Shown: positions 48,773-62,942 of the stretch, one piece after another
How positions within the stretch are numbered: the first letter of the stretch is position 1
Layout: the number at the start of each line of letters is the position of its first letter
Source of the DNA: Lepidodermella squamata
Taxonomy: Eukaryota > Animalia > Gastrotricha
Length of the DNA: 64,000 bases
Assembly: GCA_047495785.1 (NCBI GenBank)
Contig: JBLDXI010000007.1
Location: forward strand, 2,108,001-2,172,000
Direction of reading: 5' to 3'
Made by a program: the position numbers and the translations under genes
The notes under the pieces: generated by a model
Database searches by the model: none
What the model was told of the DNA's origin: nothing
The model's input: only the letters and a program-made list of their open reading frames with translations

Positions 48773-49764
48773 GGTTTCGACACAAGTTCCATACTTCTGA
48801 AGCGGAAAAGCGGCATAACTACGAGCTAGACGAGATGAGCTAAGCCGGAAAAAATCATGGAACCACCTCTTTGGGTGAAGCGAGGATCGCCGCGCTGTCT
48901 GTTTTGCATATGCACAACAGTTTTTATTGCGAAAACTCGATAACAGTGCAACGAATTTAGTGCTAAGAGATCGCTCCCAGCTCGTGTTGCTAGTTTTTTT
49001 TTGTCAAATTGCACGCGCGCACAGCTCTTTTTTGCACACAAGCAAGTATGCATATGCAAATAATTGACCAGGAAGTAACGTAACCCATCGTAGCATGGGG
49101 CCTCAATCAAAAACTATCAAAAAAATTTCGATATCATAAAATGTTCTCCCGCCCGAACTTATGACGCAACACAAAAAACTACCAAGACCGGCTCACATGC
49201 TCGCTCCGCTCGCATGGTAATGGGGCTAAGTACTATCAGTGTGTGTGTGTGACTGTCAGCTATCAGCTAAAATCTCTGACTTAGCGTATTTTCTCGAAGA
49301 GCAGCGCAGCAAAAAAATGCAAAAAAAACATCGTCAATAATATGAATCATAGCTTGATTAAAGCACCATTTACTCGATTAAAGCACCATTTACCACTACA
49401 CACCTCCATCTCGTTATATAGCAATCATGTTTTCATTTGCACGCGGAAAAAATTAGAATTACTGCCTATAGCCGTGTCCTTACAGCCCTCACCTGATGGC
49501 GGCGGCGAAAAAATATTTCCGTCCGCTTACTCGATCAATTGCTTTTTTTCCCCTCGTTTCCTTTATAGCACGCGTGTAGCCGATATCGATCAATCGCGCA
49601 GTCGCGCTATGCCAACACAATATATTATTATTGTAAGGGGCTTGATTATTTAAAACATCGCAAAAATATCTGGCTTCATTATAAAAAACGCGTTTTTATT
49701 TCACACACACTCGAAAAATTGTCGAGTTTTTGACGTCGTGTTCGGATGATAAAATAACAGCATT

Positions 49765-50130
49765 ATGAAAGACGCGAACGATTCGGAAGATTTCGAATCG
49801 AATTGCAACGAAGGCGATCTTTTGCCGTCATCGTTAAGGCGGACAAGTAGGTGTGGTCGATTGCGTCGAATTTCGCGGCCCCTAGCCGCCGTCTCACTGT
49901 CTCTCTGCTGTTTGCCAATCGCAATTCCGGCGGTGATTTTGGCCTTCCGAGGTACAACATGCCGCCATCAGGCCATCTCCATCGTACTAAGCTGTTTAGG
50001 CATAGCGACGAGTCTTGCACTGACGGCGCTGTCTATTTACTACACACTCTACTACGGTAAACATCTTACATCGGTATCAGATGGCTCGGCTGCTAACACA
50101 CCAAGTCAAATAACTTCTACTCCTGCTTGA
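49765..50130 (+). CDS. Dispanin/CD225 (IFITM-like) membrane protein
   Basis: LAAVSLSLCCLPIAIPAVILA (CD225-type CC-x-P motif), followed by a second TM (AISIVLSCLGIATSLALTALSIYY). Confidence 0.7.
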   Translation: MKDANDSEDFESNCNEGDLLPSSLRRTSRCGRLRRISRPLAAVSLSLCCLPIAIPAVILAFRGTTCRHQAISIVLSCLGIATSLALTALSIYYTLYYGKHLTSVSDGSAANTPSQITSTPA

Positions 50131-51262
50131 TGAAATTTTCTTCTCAAACGTGTCAGCCGAAAAACAACACAGCTTCTGTTGTTTGTTATTACTTTTGGCT
50201 CTTTTTTAACTACTTCTTTTGTTCTCATCTCTTGATCGCATTTTGTAGATATTTTGTGCGAGGTACGAAAAAAATTGCGGAACAATCACTTTCACAATTA
50301 TGGTATTTTTCTTAATAATATACCATTAAAAATACCGCAGCAGCAATTAATTTGACAATAAAAGCGAGCGGCTGTTTGCTATTTGAAAACGGTTATTTTT
50401 TCGACTGTAAAATAATTATTTTTTTAGCGTTAAGGTGATACCTAGGCTATTGTCGCTGTGTTCAAGACGTTTAATCGGGTATTTTTTCCTCCATTGTGCA
50501 GGTGTAAAAGTTAATTTTTATGGCCACTTTAAATAATTAATTACTTTATTTATTTACATATAAATCCGACTGTCATTTCAACCAGTCTTATTCATGTTCT
50601 AATTTTTGAAAAAAAAATTCTCGCATTTGGACAATTTTTCGGAAGTAGCCCTACAATTTATCCTCAGCGGCATTTTTCCGCTTGACATGTGAATTTTTCA
50701 TTTTTCAAAATTTTTAAGGTGGAATTTTTCAAAGGCCTTATTTTTTAATTTTGAGTGGTTTAACCTGGTTTATTTTATTCAAGACTCTTGGAAAATTTTT
50801 CGTCTTTTAGTTCTGATTTTACAATTTCCCGTCGGGACTCACTTGTTCCGTGAAATTGCGTGCCAGATCGAAATTCTAAAAATAAACATGCAAACGCACA
50901 CGTGTTAGCAACATTTCGCAGCCTCCCATTCTGCAATACTAATAATAATTAATTACGCATTCCTAACCCCAGGTAACTACTGTTTAGTAACGACACACGG
51001 TCAGGCAAAAGTCGGTTGATACGAATAAATGCTAATTTTTCTACTGAAAAATCGTAGTAGCAGATGTTTGTAGTAAATTTTTTGTGTGTGCTCACTATAA
51101 TGAATCACGCATCATTACTAGCAGCCCACTCTTTTACTACTATAATATACTACAACCACTCCTCGTTTGTTTTCATCATAGGTATATTTATAAAAGAGAG
51201 ATTAGATAAAAACAGAAAAACTACTGTTTAAAGAAATGTCTCGATTGCTGTAACGTAAAAAA

Positions 51263-54200
51263 ATGACTAGCTCTGATCGCCATTTAATTCGGGCGTTGAA
51301 AAAGCCGGCGAATGAGCGCAGTTCAAAGGACGTTGACTACGCTGTTGATTTTATGAAAAAATGCGCCGATGACCAGTCGATTTTCGCCGGCCTATCGCAG
51401 GAAGAAACGCGCCTGCTTGCCGGCCAATCTCGCTACGAATGGCGCGATGCCGACGAGTTGTTATTCACATCGGAAGACGACGCTGAATCGACGTGTTTCA
51501 TCCTGATTTCAGGGCTGGTCTACGTCGACAACCGACTCGCCTACCCGGGCGCCGTTATCCGGGGCAGTCGAGCCGGCGGCCGTTTGACGGAATGCATCGT
51601 CCTCGAGCCGTCTGAATTTTTAGCCGTCGATTTTACTCGACGCGGCTCGGCCGGAATGTCCCGAGCGAATTACTCTGCAACGCCGAGTCGATCGTCGAAA
51701 AACTATCAAAACCAGCAGGCTTACATGCACATTTTAACGGATCCTTACCTGGAGGAGTCTTGCGTTGATGTCGTGGAAATGACGCCGGATTTACCGCCAT
51801 CGAACCGCTCGCCTAGCAACCACGAGGCGTCGGCAATTGTGCGAGGCGGGGCGAATAAATCTCCGGTTAAAAGGCGGCCGATCAGCGACGATGCCAGCTC
51901 GGTGTCGTCGTTTGCTTCGTCGAATATCGTGCCGGCTTCGAGTCATGTTGGCATGAGACGCGGCAGTACGACACAGCAGGGTTCGTCCCTGACTGTGGAT
52001 GACATTGACTTGACGGGTTTGACTGAGTCGGCCGTGGATTCCGATGACGATTTGTTGAGCCCTACCGAAGAAACTTCAACCTCAGATGTAAGTTTCGTTT
52101 TTTAATTTCTATTGCAAATTCGATTAGGAAATCCGCGTTCATTTGAAAACTTGACAATTTTTGATGAAAATTGGATTTTTAAGTTTTTACGGAAATTTTC
52201 TTAGAAATGGGTAATGACTGAGGTTCCATAAAAACGACTCATTTCAGACAGTTTTCAATTGATGTAAGAGTTCGAGGCATTTCGCCCTTAATTTGGGCAT
52301 TTTTTTTCCTAAATTTTCTCGATTTTCTCGAATAGTCTTGACTGGTTCTTCTACCATTTTCCACCATTTATAATCTGTTGCTGGGTAGTTTCCTAAAAGC
52401 TGTCTTCCGTCTCAAATGATTAAAAAATTTCCTTTCCATTTACCGATGGCGATCATAGCTGAACCATAAATCACCTTTCTTATGATCTCTTGATTGTATT
52501 TTAAATATTGTATTAAATATAATGGACCATTAGCTTTCAGCCAAAAATGTTAGCACTACCATGAAACATTCTAAATTTATGAAAAATGTGCTTTTCACAT
52601 TAAAATTGACCTAAAATAGCCTTCTGTCGAATAGAAATGGTCTATAATTCGCATATTTTGCTGAAAACCAGACAAATTATATTGGAGCCAATTTCGATTT
52701 TAGAATTCTATAATTTCTCCATTATCGGAACCTTGGAAATAGTTCAAATCACCCAAATCACTGTGAGAAAGATTTGATAGATAGAGGACCTAAATTGATG
52801 GCGGTTTCCGTTTCGTTGGCGAGAGCTTCAATTTGATGGTAAAAAGTCCCGAAATTGACGGTGAAAAGCCCTCATTTTGTGGTACGAAAATTTAGATCCA
52901 ATGTTTATTATATTGGGTTCAACTTTTCGATCGCCATCATCGAAAAATTCGAAAAACACCTCTTTTTCTCTTGGGGATAAAAAAATTCAAGTCTCGAAAT
53001 ATAAAATTTTTAAACTATCATACTCGAGATTGAATTTGTTGTTTTGCGCTCAATTTTAGTGTCCCAAATTTTCGAAAAAGGATTAAATATTGGATACCCT
53101 CTCCTTTATTATTCCAAACTGACTCATGGAGTTCCAGTTTCAAGATTTTCAGAGAGCTTCTTTGTCATTATAGTTCGTTACCAGAATTGAGCTTTTATTC
53201 TTTGAAACAATTGGCTTTCTGTTGATTTTAGTTATTTATTTTTTGTTTATTTTTTCACATTTTTGAAATCAGCGTAGTTTATTTAACGAGGCTCATGAAT
53301 TACGAATTAGGGCCCACTCGATTTTTCGCGGCTATGCACGTGTAATAATTGTTTTGTTTACGTTTGCGTTGTTTGTTTGTTTCAGATTTCCGACGTGTAC
53401 CGCGAATGTTTAGAGAAAAATCCAGGCCAGCGAAGCGAGCGCGAAATCGATCTGCTCGTCGATTTCGTACAAAATTTCCCGGCCTTTGCCGATCTGACGC
53501 AGAATGCTAAACGCAGCCTGTGCCAAGTTATGACGTACGCTATGGTCGAAGAGGCCGGCGCTGTTATTCTATCGGACGGCGACGACGTTGATTCATGGTC
53601 GGTCATAATCAATGGCGCCCTCGAGCACCGATCGCCCGACGGCAATGTGCGAGAACTCGGCGTCGGTGAAAGGTATGCTAATGATCGACACCTTTTACTC
53701 GAGAAAAATAAAAGAGCTTTTGTCTAAACTTCACAAACACATTTTGGGATATATAACCTATTTCCCTATATCTCGAATTTGAGGACGAAATCCGATCTTT
53801 CGATAGGTATTGAAGCCGGAAAAATCGTAAACATTTTTTAAATTTTTTAGCTAATTTCACCTAATTTGTATTTTTAAATGAACTGGCTGAGATCCATAGA
53901 GGAATAGAAACTATTACTATTACTCCATGCTGAGATCAGTCTCGACCTTAACAATGGAGCAAATCTATTTTCCATGCTAAAAACAAGCTTTTGCTTAAAA
54001 ATTCTGAAATTTTCAAACGATGATGAGCAAAATTATTCCCGATTTTTATAATTTTAAATCCAATTTTTGAAGAATTTAAAGGGATTTGGCCAGCCTGGGA
54101 CAATTATTGGCTAATTTGCATATGCACGGCATTGTGAGATTCATCATTTGTCTCTAACATTTGGCTAGGATCGTGAAGAAAAATAAGAACAATTTTTTCA

Positions 54201-57200
54201 ATTTTCAATGTCCGAAAATCATCAGTGAACACGGTTAATTTGTTTTTCGAATGGGGATTCAAAAACTAATTGAATTTTTCTGAAAATCGAATTTTGCTCC
54301 ATTCACTTTGTGTTGAGGTGATGAGACGGGATGATTTGAGCGAAAACTTCGATTTTTCTCGAATTCCAACTTGAAAAGTGCCGAGTGTTACCTTGCCCTT
54401 ATTACCCAGCTTTTTATCTCCCGATTTTATGGGTAAAATCAGATCTTTCGATTGGTATTTCAGTCGGAAAACATATAAAATTGGGAAGATTTAGTAAAAT
54501 TTCGATCATTTTTTACACTATTTTCAGCCATTTCCAATCGAATGGATAAAAATACTTGGAAAAAATCCTACCCAAAATCTTGTTACTTGTTATTGTTTGT
54601 ATGAAAATTATTCACATTCATGAATTTTTAACTAATATTTGTGCGTTTTGCGCGTTAAATCACGTCCAGCTTTGGCGTCGAATCGGCGCGCGACAAACCG
54701 GCGCGGCGGCACAGCGGTGTTTTGCGCACCCTCGTCGCCTACTGTCAATTCATCGTCGTCAGCCATACCGATTACGTATCCGTGCTGAGCCGCGCCGAAC
54801 AGGACAAACAAGTCGTCCGCGATAAAGGTTTGTTTTTGCACTATTTTTTTAGGTATATTGCCTCGTTCGTTATTCGTGATGGTTGGTTTTGCAAAGAAAT
54901 TTTCTTAAATTTTCATCGCGGCGCGTACAAATAATTGTCGGCATAATTTGTCCCATTCAAGTTTACACTTGATGACGCGAAGTGTGTCACTTCAACGGAT
55001 TATCTCCGCGCGAGTTCATTTCGAGTGCTATTTCATCAATTTTTCGCGAGATGAGCAGCGGAGATGTCGTTACCTCTCAGCTTTGAATACACAGCGTTAT
55101 AATGCCGTAATTATAACTGGAATTTCGCAGTTAGAATGCGAAAAAAATGATGATTATAACGGCATTATTTGCCGCGCGTTTTAATTTCTCGCGCACGGCC
55201 CTTTTCAAGCCACAAGATGAGCCCGGCTCGCGACGCGTCGCCAGGTGCCTGTTTTTGTTTGCGCCGTGCTAAGAAATACCACTGTGACTTGTTTTTGTTG
55301 CGCGCTTGTGTCGCACAAAAACTCACAGCTCAGCGTATTATTACCTTCACTTGCAATTTTTATGGCCCCGTCATTATGATTACGCACTTATTTCTTATCA
55401 TCGCCTTCCAGTCGAATGCGACGAGCGTGAATAGCTGCTAATAATAAAATACCATGCTAGCCGTTGCGCCGCCCTGGCCTTGTAGTGTTATTAATAAAAA
55501 AGTCCACCTTAATAATTCTACCGGGCTAATTTGCGTTGTAATTATTTTTAAAACACCGCGCGAAATCTGCGCCGTAATGGGCTGGTCGGCGGAATTTTTT
55601 CCCGATTATTATTTCACCGCCATCAATACAACAACCATCACGACGACGGACGGCAATAATTACACCAACGCGATTTTACTCACGAAAAAATTGCCCGCTC
55701 ACATTTCAGGTCATGTTGTACTCGTGATGGAAGAACGCGATTTCGTACTGCAGCCTGGTTTAGTGCCCCAATTTGCAACTCTGCCGCGTAATAATGGCGG
55801 TGACCCGACCCTGCCGCCACTGCCACATCGATCACGCCGCGTGCCGGTTGTAATTCGCGGCACAGCAGATCGGTTGATTCAATTAGTCGTGCCCGGGCAA
55901 AATGACTCGCCCGCGTCGGTTTCAGCTAATGCTGACCCGACGTTTTCGGAGGATTTTCTCACGACATTCCCGCTATTTATCGACACAGTCACGCCGATTT
56001 GTGAGTATCTGCTCGCCGCGTTGAAAGACCCGTCGCGGCAGAAAAAGGCGGCGAATGTTATCACGCACTGGATTTCGGCTGATTTCGGCCTGTTCGAGCG
56101 GGTTAACGAGCTGGGTGAATTTCTGGAGACGGTTGAGACGATTTTGGAGGAAAGCGGGCAGATACCGCAGTTGAAGTTGTTGCTACTGGCGACGCATAGC
56201 CGATCGCGGGCGCGGCCTGTGGTGATTACAAAGGCGGCAATGGCGCCTGGGGTGCCGAACCTCGACGCGGCGGGATTCCAGATTACAGGCGGCCTGGAAC
56301 AGCGGGCCGGAATTTTCGTGTCGCACGTCGTCAAAAACGGCGCGGCTTGGCGAGCGGGCCTGAGGCGCGGCGATCAGGTAAATACTCACTCACTTAACTT
56401 TGATGTGTGAAAATTGGGGCGGGCGGAAATGCGATATTATTAAGGCGGATTATATCGCACGCGCCGCTGCGATTGCGCAATGGGATTCGCGCTGGATAAA
56501 CACATTTTTAATTCTTCTCATCTTCATTTACGAAAAACAGATTTTACATGTTAACAATCACGATTTCGCGTCGATAACATACAACCGAGCGGTCGACATT
56601 TTGCAGGGCACTAGTCATCTTGCGCTAACAGTCAGATACAACAAGTTGGGTGAGTCATGATGGCGCCTATTACGAGTTTCTTAGGTCGTTAATTGTTTGC
56701 TTAATCCTCAATAACAGGCCTTCAGTCAATATCCGGTCTGGCGCCAGGTTTCAATTTGTCAGCTAAACAACAACACCGGCCGTCATTACCCGCTGCTCAT
56801 CAACATCAAACTGCTATGAAAAATTCGGCAACAAGTGGCAACGTTCGATCGGCATCGTCCGCCGATCAAAAGCATGGCACAAAGTTATCACGACTCGTCG
56901 CAAAAGTTTCAAAAAAACTGGCTGGAAAAGCCTCGAATCCCGCGATTTCTGTTGTCAGCGAAAATCAGCAACAAGATGTTGCCGCTAATTTACCCGCGCC
57001 GATTTTACCCGCTTCTAACCTGGTGCGATCGCGCTCGAACCCGGATTTAGTGTCTGGGATATTACCGAAACGCAGCCCGTTTCCCGACCCGCCTGACCAG
57101 GCTGTTATGGTGTACACGCCTGAGCAGGAGCATCGCTATTTTGCGATTCGATCTGACACGACGGCGGCTGATTTGATTGGCATGGCTGTTCGGGAGTTTA

Positions 57201-59654
57201 ACCTGGTTCGGGACGTTGGTCGCGGCGATCCGTTGGCGAACTATGCGCTGTTTGAGGTGACTGTTCACCCGACGACGCAGTCGGTGAGAACGCGCCGGCT
57301 TTTGGACGATCGGTCTGATTTAGCTGACCGGTTACCAGTCTGTGCCAGGTAAACAAATTATCTTCATTTTTTACTCGGGATCTTCATAAAATTGAAAGTT
57401 TTCAAGTTTTTTTTTAAATTTTAAGATCTGAATTTTTAAATTAAAATTCGAAAATTCAATTCCCAATTTAAATCCGGAAATAATAATTTCTGAAAAAGTA
57501 TAGTGTTTATGAACATTTATAAATTTTGATTTCAAGAAGTTTTAAATTTCAAATTATTTGAAAATTCATTTATTTTTAATTTGAAAATTTTCAGAATTAA
57601 ATTCAAATTGATAAATTTTTTTATCAGAGTGAAATCAACAAATTTTTTAAGGTTTGAAGAATATATTTTTCAGAAAATTTTTCATTTTTTTCGATTCATG
57701 TCCCAAATTTTCCCGGAACCCTGATTTTTCGAGCTTTCCCAATTTTGAAAATTACTTTTTTTGCCATCGTTCTTAGCTGGGCTTATTAGGCCCTTATCGA
57801 TTTCTGTTATCGATTTGCTAATTGGTGAATTTTTCGATTTCCGAAGTCATGAAAACCACCGAAGAACACTTTGGTCATGGGTCATCAAAATCGATTGAAA
57901 TAATTAGAATATCAGAAAAATCAGATATTATACTTTAATGACGTTTTAATGTTGGAAACGCAGTGTAGAGGCGCAAAATTCCAGATCGACATACAAATTT
58001 CAAATTTTCAAAATATTTCATTTTAAATTAAATTTATTTTTGCGCTGAAATACTATTAATAATGCTTTAATTTATGTTAATTTAATTCATTTTTATTTTC
58101 AGGTATTACCTTCGTCAAATTTCTTCTGCTTCATCTCAGTCGCTGATTGGCCCGCAAGAGGTGAACGAAGTGATCGGTGAAATGTCTAAAGTCAACCTGC
58201 TGACAATGCGACCCCGCCTCGTCGCCCTCGTACTCACCCTGGCGGAATTCGACGCCTTCGAACAAATCCAACCACTCGACTACATCGACGACGTACTCGC
58301 ACTAACAGACAGCCACAACACTCGACCAGCTCTACTCTCAAAAGGCGGCGGTCACGCTAGGGTTGAAGCCATGACAAACCTATCGAACCGGCAATTATTC
58401 TGGGTAGTATCGGAAATCACCGCGGAACATAAGCTGAGGCGAAGGGTTCAACTGATCCAATTTTTCATTAAATTAGCCGGATTTTGTTTACGGCTAAACA
58501 ACTTCGAGTCGACTTTTGCCGTAGTCGCCGGTTTGGGACATTCGGCCGTGGTCCGCCTTAATAATACCTGGGCCAGAGTTTCGCCGAAATACAAGAAATT
58601 ACTCGAAGATTACCGGGAGTTATTCGACCCGAGTCGAAATATGTCTCGCTATCGAAATCACATTGCGAGGCTGCAACGCGACGGCCGATTGTGCCCGGCT
58701 GTTCCGCTGTTCCCCCTCGTCAAAAAAGACCTCGCCTTTGTCCACCTCGGCAATTCGACTTTCGTCTCGGAAAATGACGCCGATCCTAACTCGGGCGCGA
58801 CTTTGATTAACGTTGAAAAGTTGAGAATGTTAGGCCGAGAGGTGAGGCAAATTCGTCAGTTATGCGCCGAACGCTACCCGGGCAAGGAACTATTCGACCA
58901 GGTGTACTTTGGCGCCGGGGCGGATCCTGGGCATAAGGCCGTCGTATCGACAGGGTGGCTAACTCTAGGCCGGCGGAAAGGCGCCGCGCATTCGACCCTG
59001 GGCCGGGTTACCGGGACAGACGTCGCCTCGGCTGGTCCGAAGCAGATTTTCGCGGCGATTCGAACGCGGAAACAGATCGAGTTCTACCTGAACAGCCGGC
59101 TGCACTTCCCGGCGGTGAAGCCCGAGGCGATACCGGTTGTTGACGAGTTGGCGAAGGTTTGCATCGACGAGCGGCAGTTGATGGTGTTGTCGCGGCTGTG
59201 CGAGCCGGACGTGATACCTGGTTCCGCTTCGAAGACGAGCTCATCGTCGTCGGCGCAGAACAACTACCCGGTCACGCCGGTAGCGCCCGTTGCGCCTAAA
59301 TTCGGCACGGCCGAGGGGCAGAATATCTCGAAGATGATGTCGCTATGCAAGGAGGTGAAGCCTCACCACGACAAGTCGAAACCGCTGCCCGGGTCGCTGA
59401 TTGTCAGCCACTCGCCGGCGCCGCCCGTTCCGGCTCAGTTGCGATCGCCGACCGGGCAGCGGATTCCGCGTAATTTGATCTATCAATACGTGCTGCAGCA
59501 GCAAATGACAGACATTCAGGCTGAGCTGAGGCGGCGCCCGATTGCGCGACTCAGCGCCGAGTCGTCCAGCGTTGTCCCGGCCTCGCTTCGATCACCCGGC
59601 GCCACGCCGGGCAATTACACGCGATCGCAATCGACAGCGAGCAGTTTCGCCTAA
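51263..59654 (+). CDS. RAPGEF2: Rap guanine nucleotide exchange factor 2/6 (PDZ-GEF); exons 51263-52087, 53386-53672, 54670-54827, 55710-56377, 56541-56649, 56718-57348, 58103-59654
   Basis: LKKPANERS, DIDLTGLTESAVDSDDD, cNMP-like DVDSWSVIING, REM (RGTADRLI, DPTFSEDFLTTF), PDZ (GIFVSHV...AGLRRGDQILHVN), RSRSNPDL, RA domain, RasGEF (LNNFESTFAVVAGL, FDPSRNMSRYR, KKDLAFVHLGN, INVEKLRML). Confidence 0.93.
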
Positions 59655-60389
59655 TAAAATTTGCGCGTTTTTTTCTGTAAATTTTTAAAATTATTATTTA
59701 TCTCTGATATTTGAAACAAAAATAATCATCGTGCTCTCTGAATTTTTCGGCGCTCATCTGCTTGTGTGTATTTTTGTATGGCGCTGAAAAAAAATATTTC
59801 CAATTTTGTTGCGTTTGCTCATTTTGATGCCTATACTTATATAATTGACTACGAAACAACACAAAATTTGCAATTTCTTCCGTGAAAAATCTCCGCCGCC
59901 GATATACTGCTTTGTATTGTTGTAAGATTTTATGTATGCATGTAACTACGTATCAATTGCAAAAACAGACGGATTTTTAAGGTATGCGCGTGTTTATATT
60001 GCGAGTATATTTGGCTGTTGCGCGTACGTAATTGATGCTTGAAGCGTGTTTTTTTTCTTTCGTGTTTTTTGCTACTATATTTCAAAGAAATATCGACGAT
60101 TTTTGCCTGATTTGAAAACTCAGTAATTGAAATAAATAATAGAAAAATGAAACAATCTCGTATTTGTCCGGTGGAACGAAAACTGATCAGGTTGGCGCGA
60201 ATCGCGACTGTTGGTTGACAAAAAATCAAGCTGTATTGGTAAATGAATCATGCCTTTCCGCATAATTTGGCAGACCATTCGCAGAATAGCTCAATAGTTA
60301 TTTTTAGAGTTCGAAAAGTCGTGCAGGGCTTGAGAGTTGTGGATTAACCCAGTGACGCAATATGCTTCTGGAAACAAAAATGACTGTCT

Positions 60390-61810
60390 ACAAGGGAAAA
60401 GAGGGGGTTGTTGGCAAAAAAAATTTGAATCTGAAATGCCGCCTTGAAATCAGGAAACGAAGGGTCGAATCCCATTGGGTCTCCACGTTGACCTGAAACG
60501 GTAGGACTTCTCGGCGAGCTGCCGGGTTCCCTTCTTTTAAGGAGGATGGGAGCATCCTGGAGGTCTGATATAAAAATTTTGAAAATGTGAAAGAAAAAGA
60601 TGATGAGAACACTGCGGAATGCGAGTTCCGTTCTTCTTCAAATAAACACACTTATTGAGATTTTCTGGATAATTCAGAAACTTCGTCAAACCCCTTTTTC
60701 AATTGTTAACGGTCAAAAATAATAACAGCTACGACAGCTCCATCAAGCTGCTGGATCCCTACGACTTACTACTAGAGAAGAACCTTGCGACTATTATAAA
60801 CGCATTAATGTAGCTGGGTGATTGGAACAGCTTCATTTTCAATCTTCACTGAATACTTCGAGCTGAAAGGAATGGAATGTCAAAACATTGAGGTATGCTG
60901 ATTTATCCGTTCCGTTTGGTACCATCGGCAAAACATAATATAACCAAATATGTACAAGTATAACTGGTTAAGTTACTGAGTCGTGATGGATTCAGAGAGG
61001 AGATTCCTTCTTGTCACGAATTCTGTTCCTGCGACCGAGACCGAAAAGTGACTGCTGAGACCTTGTAGGATCCCTCAATTTTCAGAATAAGCAAGAGCCC
61101 CATATCGTCAATTCTAAATTTCTAACGCCCTGATAAAATTTCGCAATCTCCCTTAATAATGAACAGTAACAGAGCATTAGATTCGACCAATTTTGTCAAT
61201 TAAAACTCGACGTAAACGCCAAATGAAAAAGGCCATTGGCAACATTGAGATGACAACATTCAAGGTCAATAAATTAGGAGTATAGAATCGAGGCTAATAG
61301 TCATCCGGGTTATAGAAAATGGGTTAGAAATATCCAAAATTGTGCATCTGTAACCTGAAGTTGGGAATCGAGCTAGCTAATTAAAAAATTGGTAAAATTA
61401 TGCCAGCGTCTCTACGTCAACCTGAAACGGTACACGTGGGGTTTACCAGGACTCTAAAGCTTGGAAAATCTACAAAATATAGTAACCGTAGTGGAAGCCT
61501 AGAATTTTTGTTCTTCAACTCAACACATTTGCGATTTGCTTGAAAAAGTGAAAAATTGCCAACTTTTCGTTTGGTGACGGTCACATTATTTCATCGCAGA
61601 AAATTTCTATCAGAAAGGTCTATAACTTGTGCAGTTCCGCTTATGCTATTTCCTCAGATTCCATCATTTCGAGAACGTCAGAAAATTTTTCATAGAGCCA
61701 GGTGATTGATGCCTTATTGAGTGATTCAGATTTTTTGCCGCGCATTGCCCTCATCATCGAAAATACCAACAGCTGATATTGACTGACAGATAATGGGTTC
61801 ATTTGGACAA
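60390..61810 (-). mobile_element. Two degenerate, related fragments resembling hAT transposase coding sequence
   Basis: ~60479-60715 and ~61408-61583 are diverged direct repeats. The minus strand reads PFQVNVETQWDSTLRFL and (frameshifted) PFQVDVE-RWHN, similar to the hAT 'DV.TRWNST..ML' motif. Confidence 0.35.
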
Positions 61811-62170
61811 ATTACACTGATGTTTATGAATTAATTAGGAACGGCTTTTCGAACTCGAAATTGAACCGACGTGAAAGCAGAAAAAAAACACGTGGCCGGT
61901 GTAAAAAACAATCGGTTCGACAGCTTGCTTAATCATAACATAATGCATACTCTGAACAACCGGCAAAGCGGGCGCGGCACTTGAGCACTCTGGAAATAAA
62001 ACACATAGGGGCGGCCTAATTACCGCGCGGCACGTACAGAAGCTACCTGTCATGACCACTGGCGCGTAATGCCGTTTCGGGCTATTAACGCATTATCATC
62101 AACGTTTTTTTACAGAGTCATCGCCGCATATTATTAGGTTTATTCCTATCGGGCGGGCAGACAATAAATA

Positions 62171-62942
62171 CAGGTGCAAAAGCGGCTGAGCATCTAAATA
62201 TAGGTCATAACAATGGCGTCGATGACAGGCGGCGAATCTGAGATGCCCACGCTGCCGGGCCGGGCCGTTCCTCTGTGCGAAAACCATAAACACGCGCCAC
62301 TGTTTACCCGGAACCGACTTGCCCATATAAGGCGCGTTCCCTCAAAAACCACTCGACGTGTGTAACCGTTGTCGCGCTATACCGCTAATTATTGAGTACA
62401 CAGTACACACACATACTATACGTTATACACCGGTTGTATAAACCGGGCTGTACCGAGAAATTCCGGGTTTTAACCGGCCAGGCCCGCCGCGAGCGCGAAC
62501 AACGTAATAATGCGCACTTCGGAGTCCGTTTATAGAGCCCTGTCGGCATGCACACGCACACACATGGCTGCTGAAAAGGCAGGCCTATCAGCAGCCCCAT
62601 CGACGCACAATATCAAGTATCATCGCCCGCGCGCCGTTGTTTTGACCGCGCACTGGAGCTAACAGACTGCCTGACTGACTGCTGGCAGTGATGCATTGTA
62701 TGCTATGTAGATTTTAGCGAAACAACATCACCGGGCTTACATCGTTGAAGCGGCCAATAGATGATTGCTGCTGCTGCTGCCTGCCTAAACAACAATGGCA
62801 GGCAGCAGTTTTTGGGCCGCCTGTTTTTGCCCGTGCGTCATCCTACCTACTGCAAAAATGGTGCCCGTCGGCACATGGCGATGATGTGTATATCTAGCCG
62901 GCAGCGTGTATATAAGTAGCCGTTTCTTATTGCCTTATAAGG
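62171..62942 (+). promoter_or_regulatory. Muscle-type cis-regulatory motifs upstream of actin: CArG boxes at 62323-62332 and 62933-62942, MEF2 site at 62194-62203, E-box at 62171
   Basis: CCATATAAGG and CCTTATAAGG match CC(A/T)6GG, CTAAATATAG matches CTA(A/T)4TAG, and CAGGTG is an E-box. Confidence 0.6.

Noticed and set aside
46400-49700. Short ORFs in the long intergenic region
   Set aside because: Low complexity, no motifs or consistent exon chain; probably regulatory or repeat-derived DNA.
60281-60360. tRNA-like start (AATAGCTCAATAG)
   Set aside because: No cloverleaf and no properly placed B-box.
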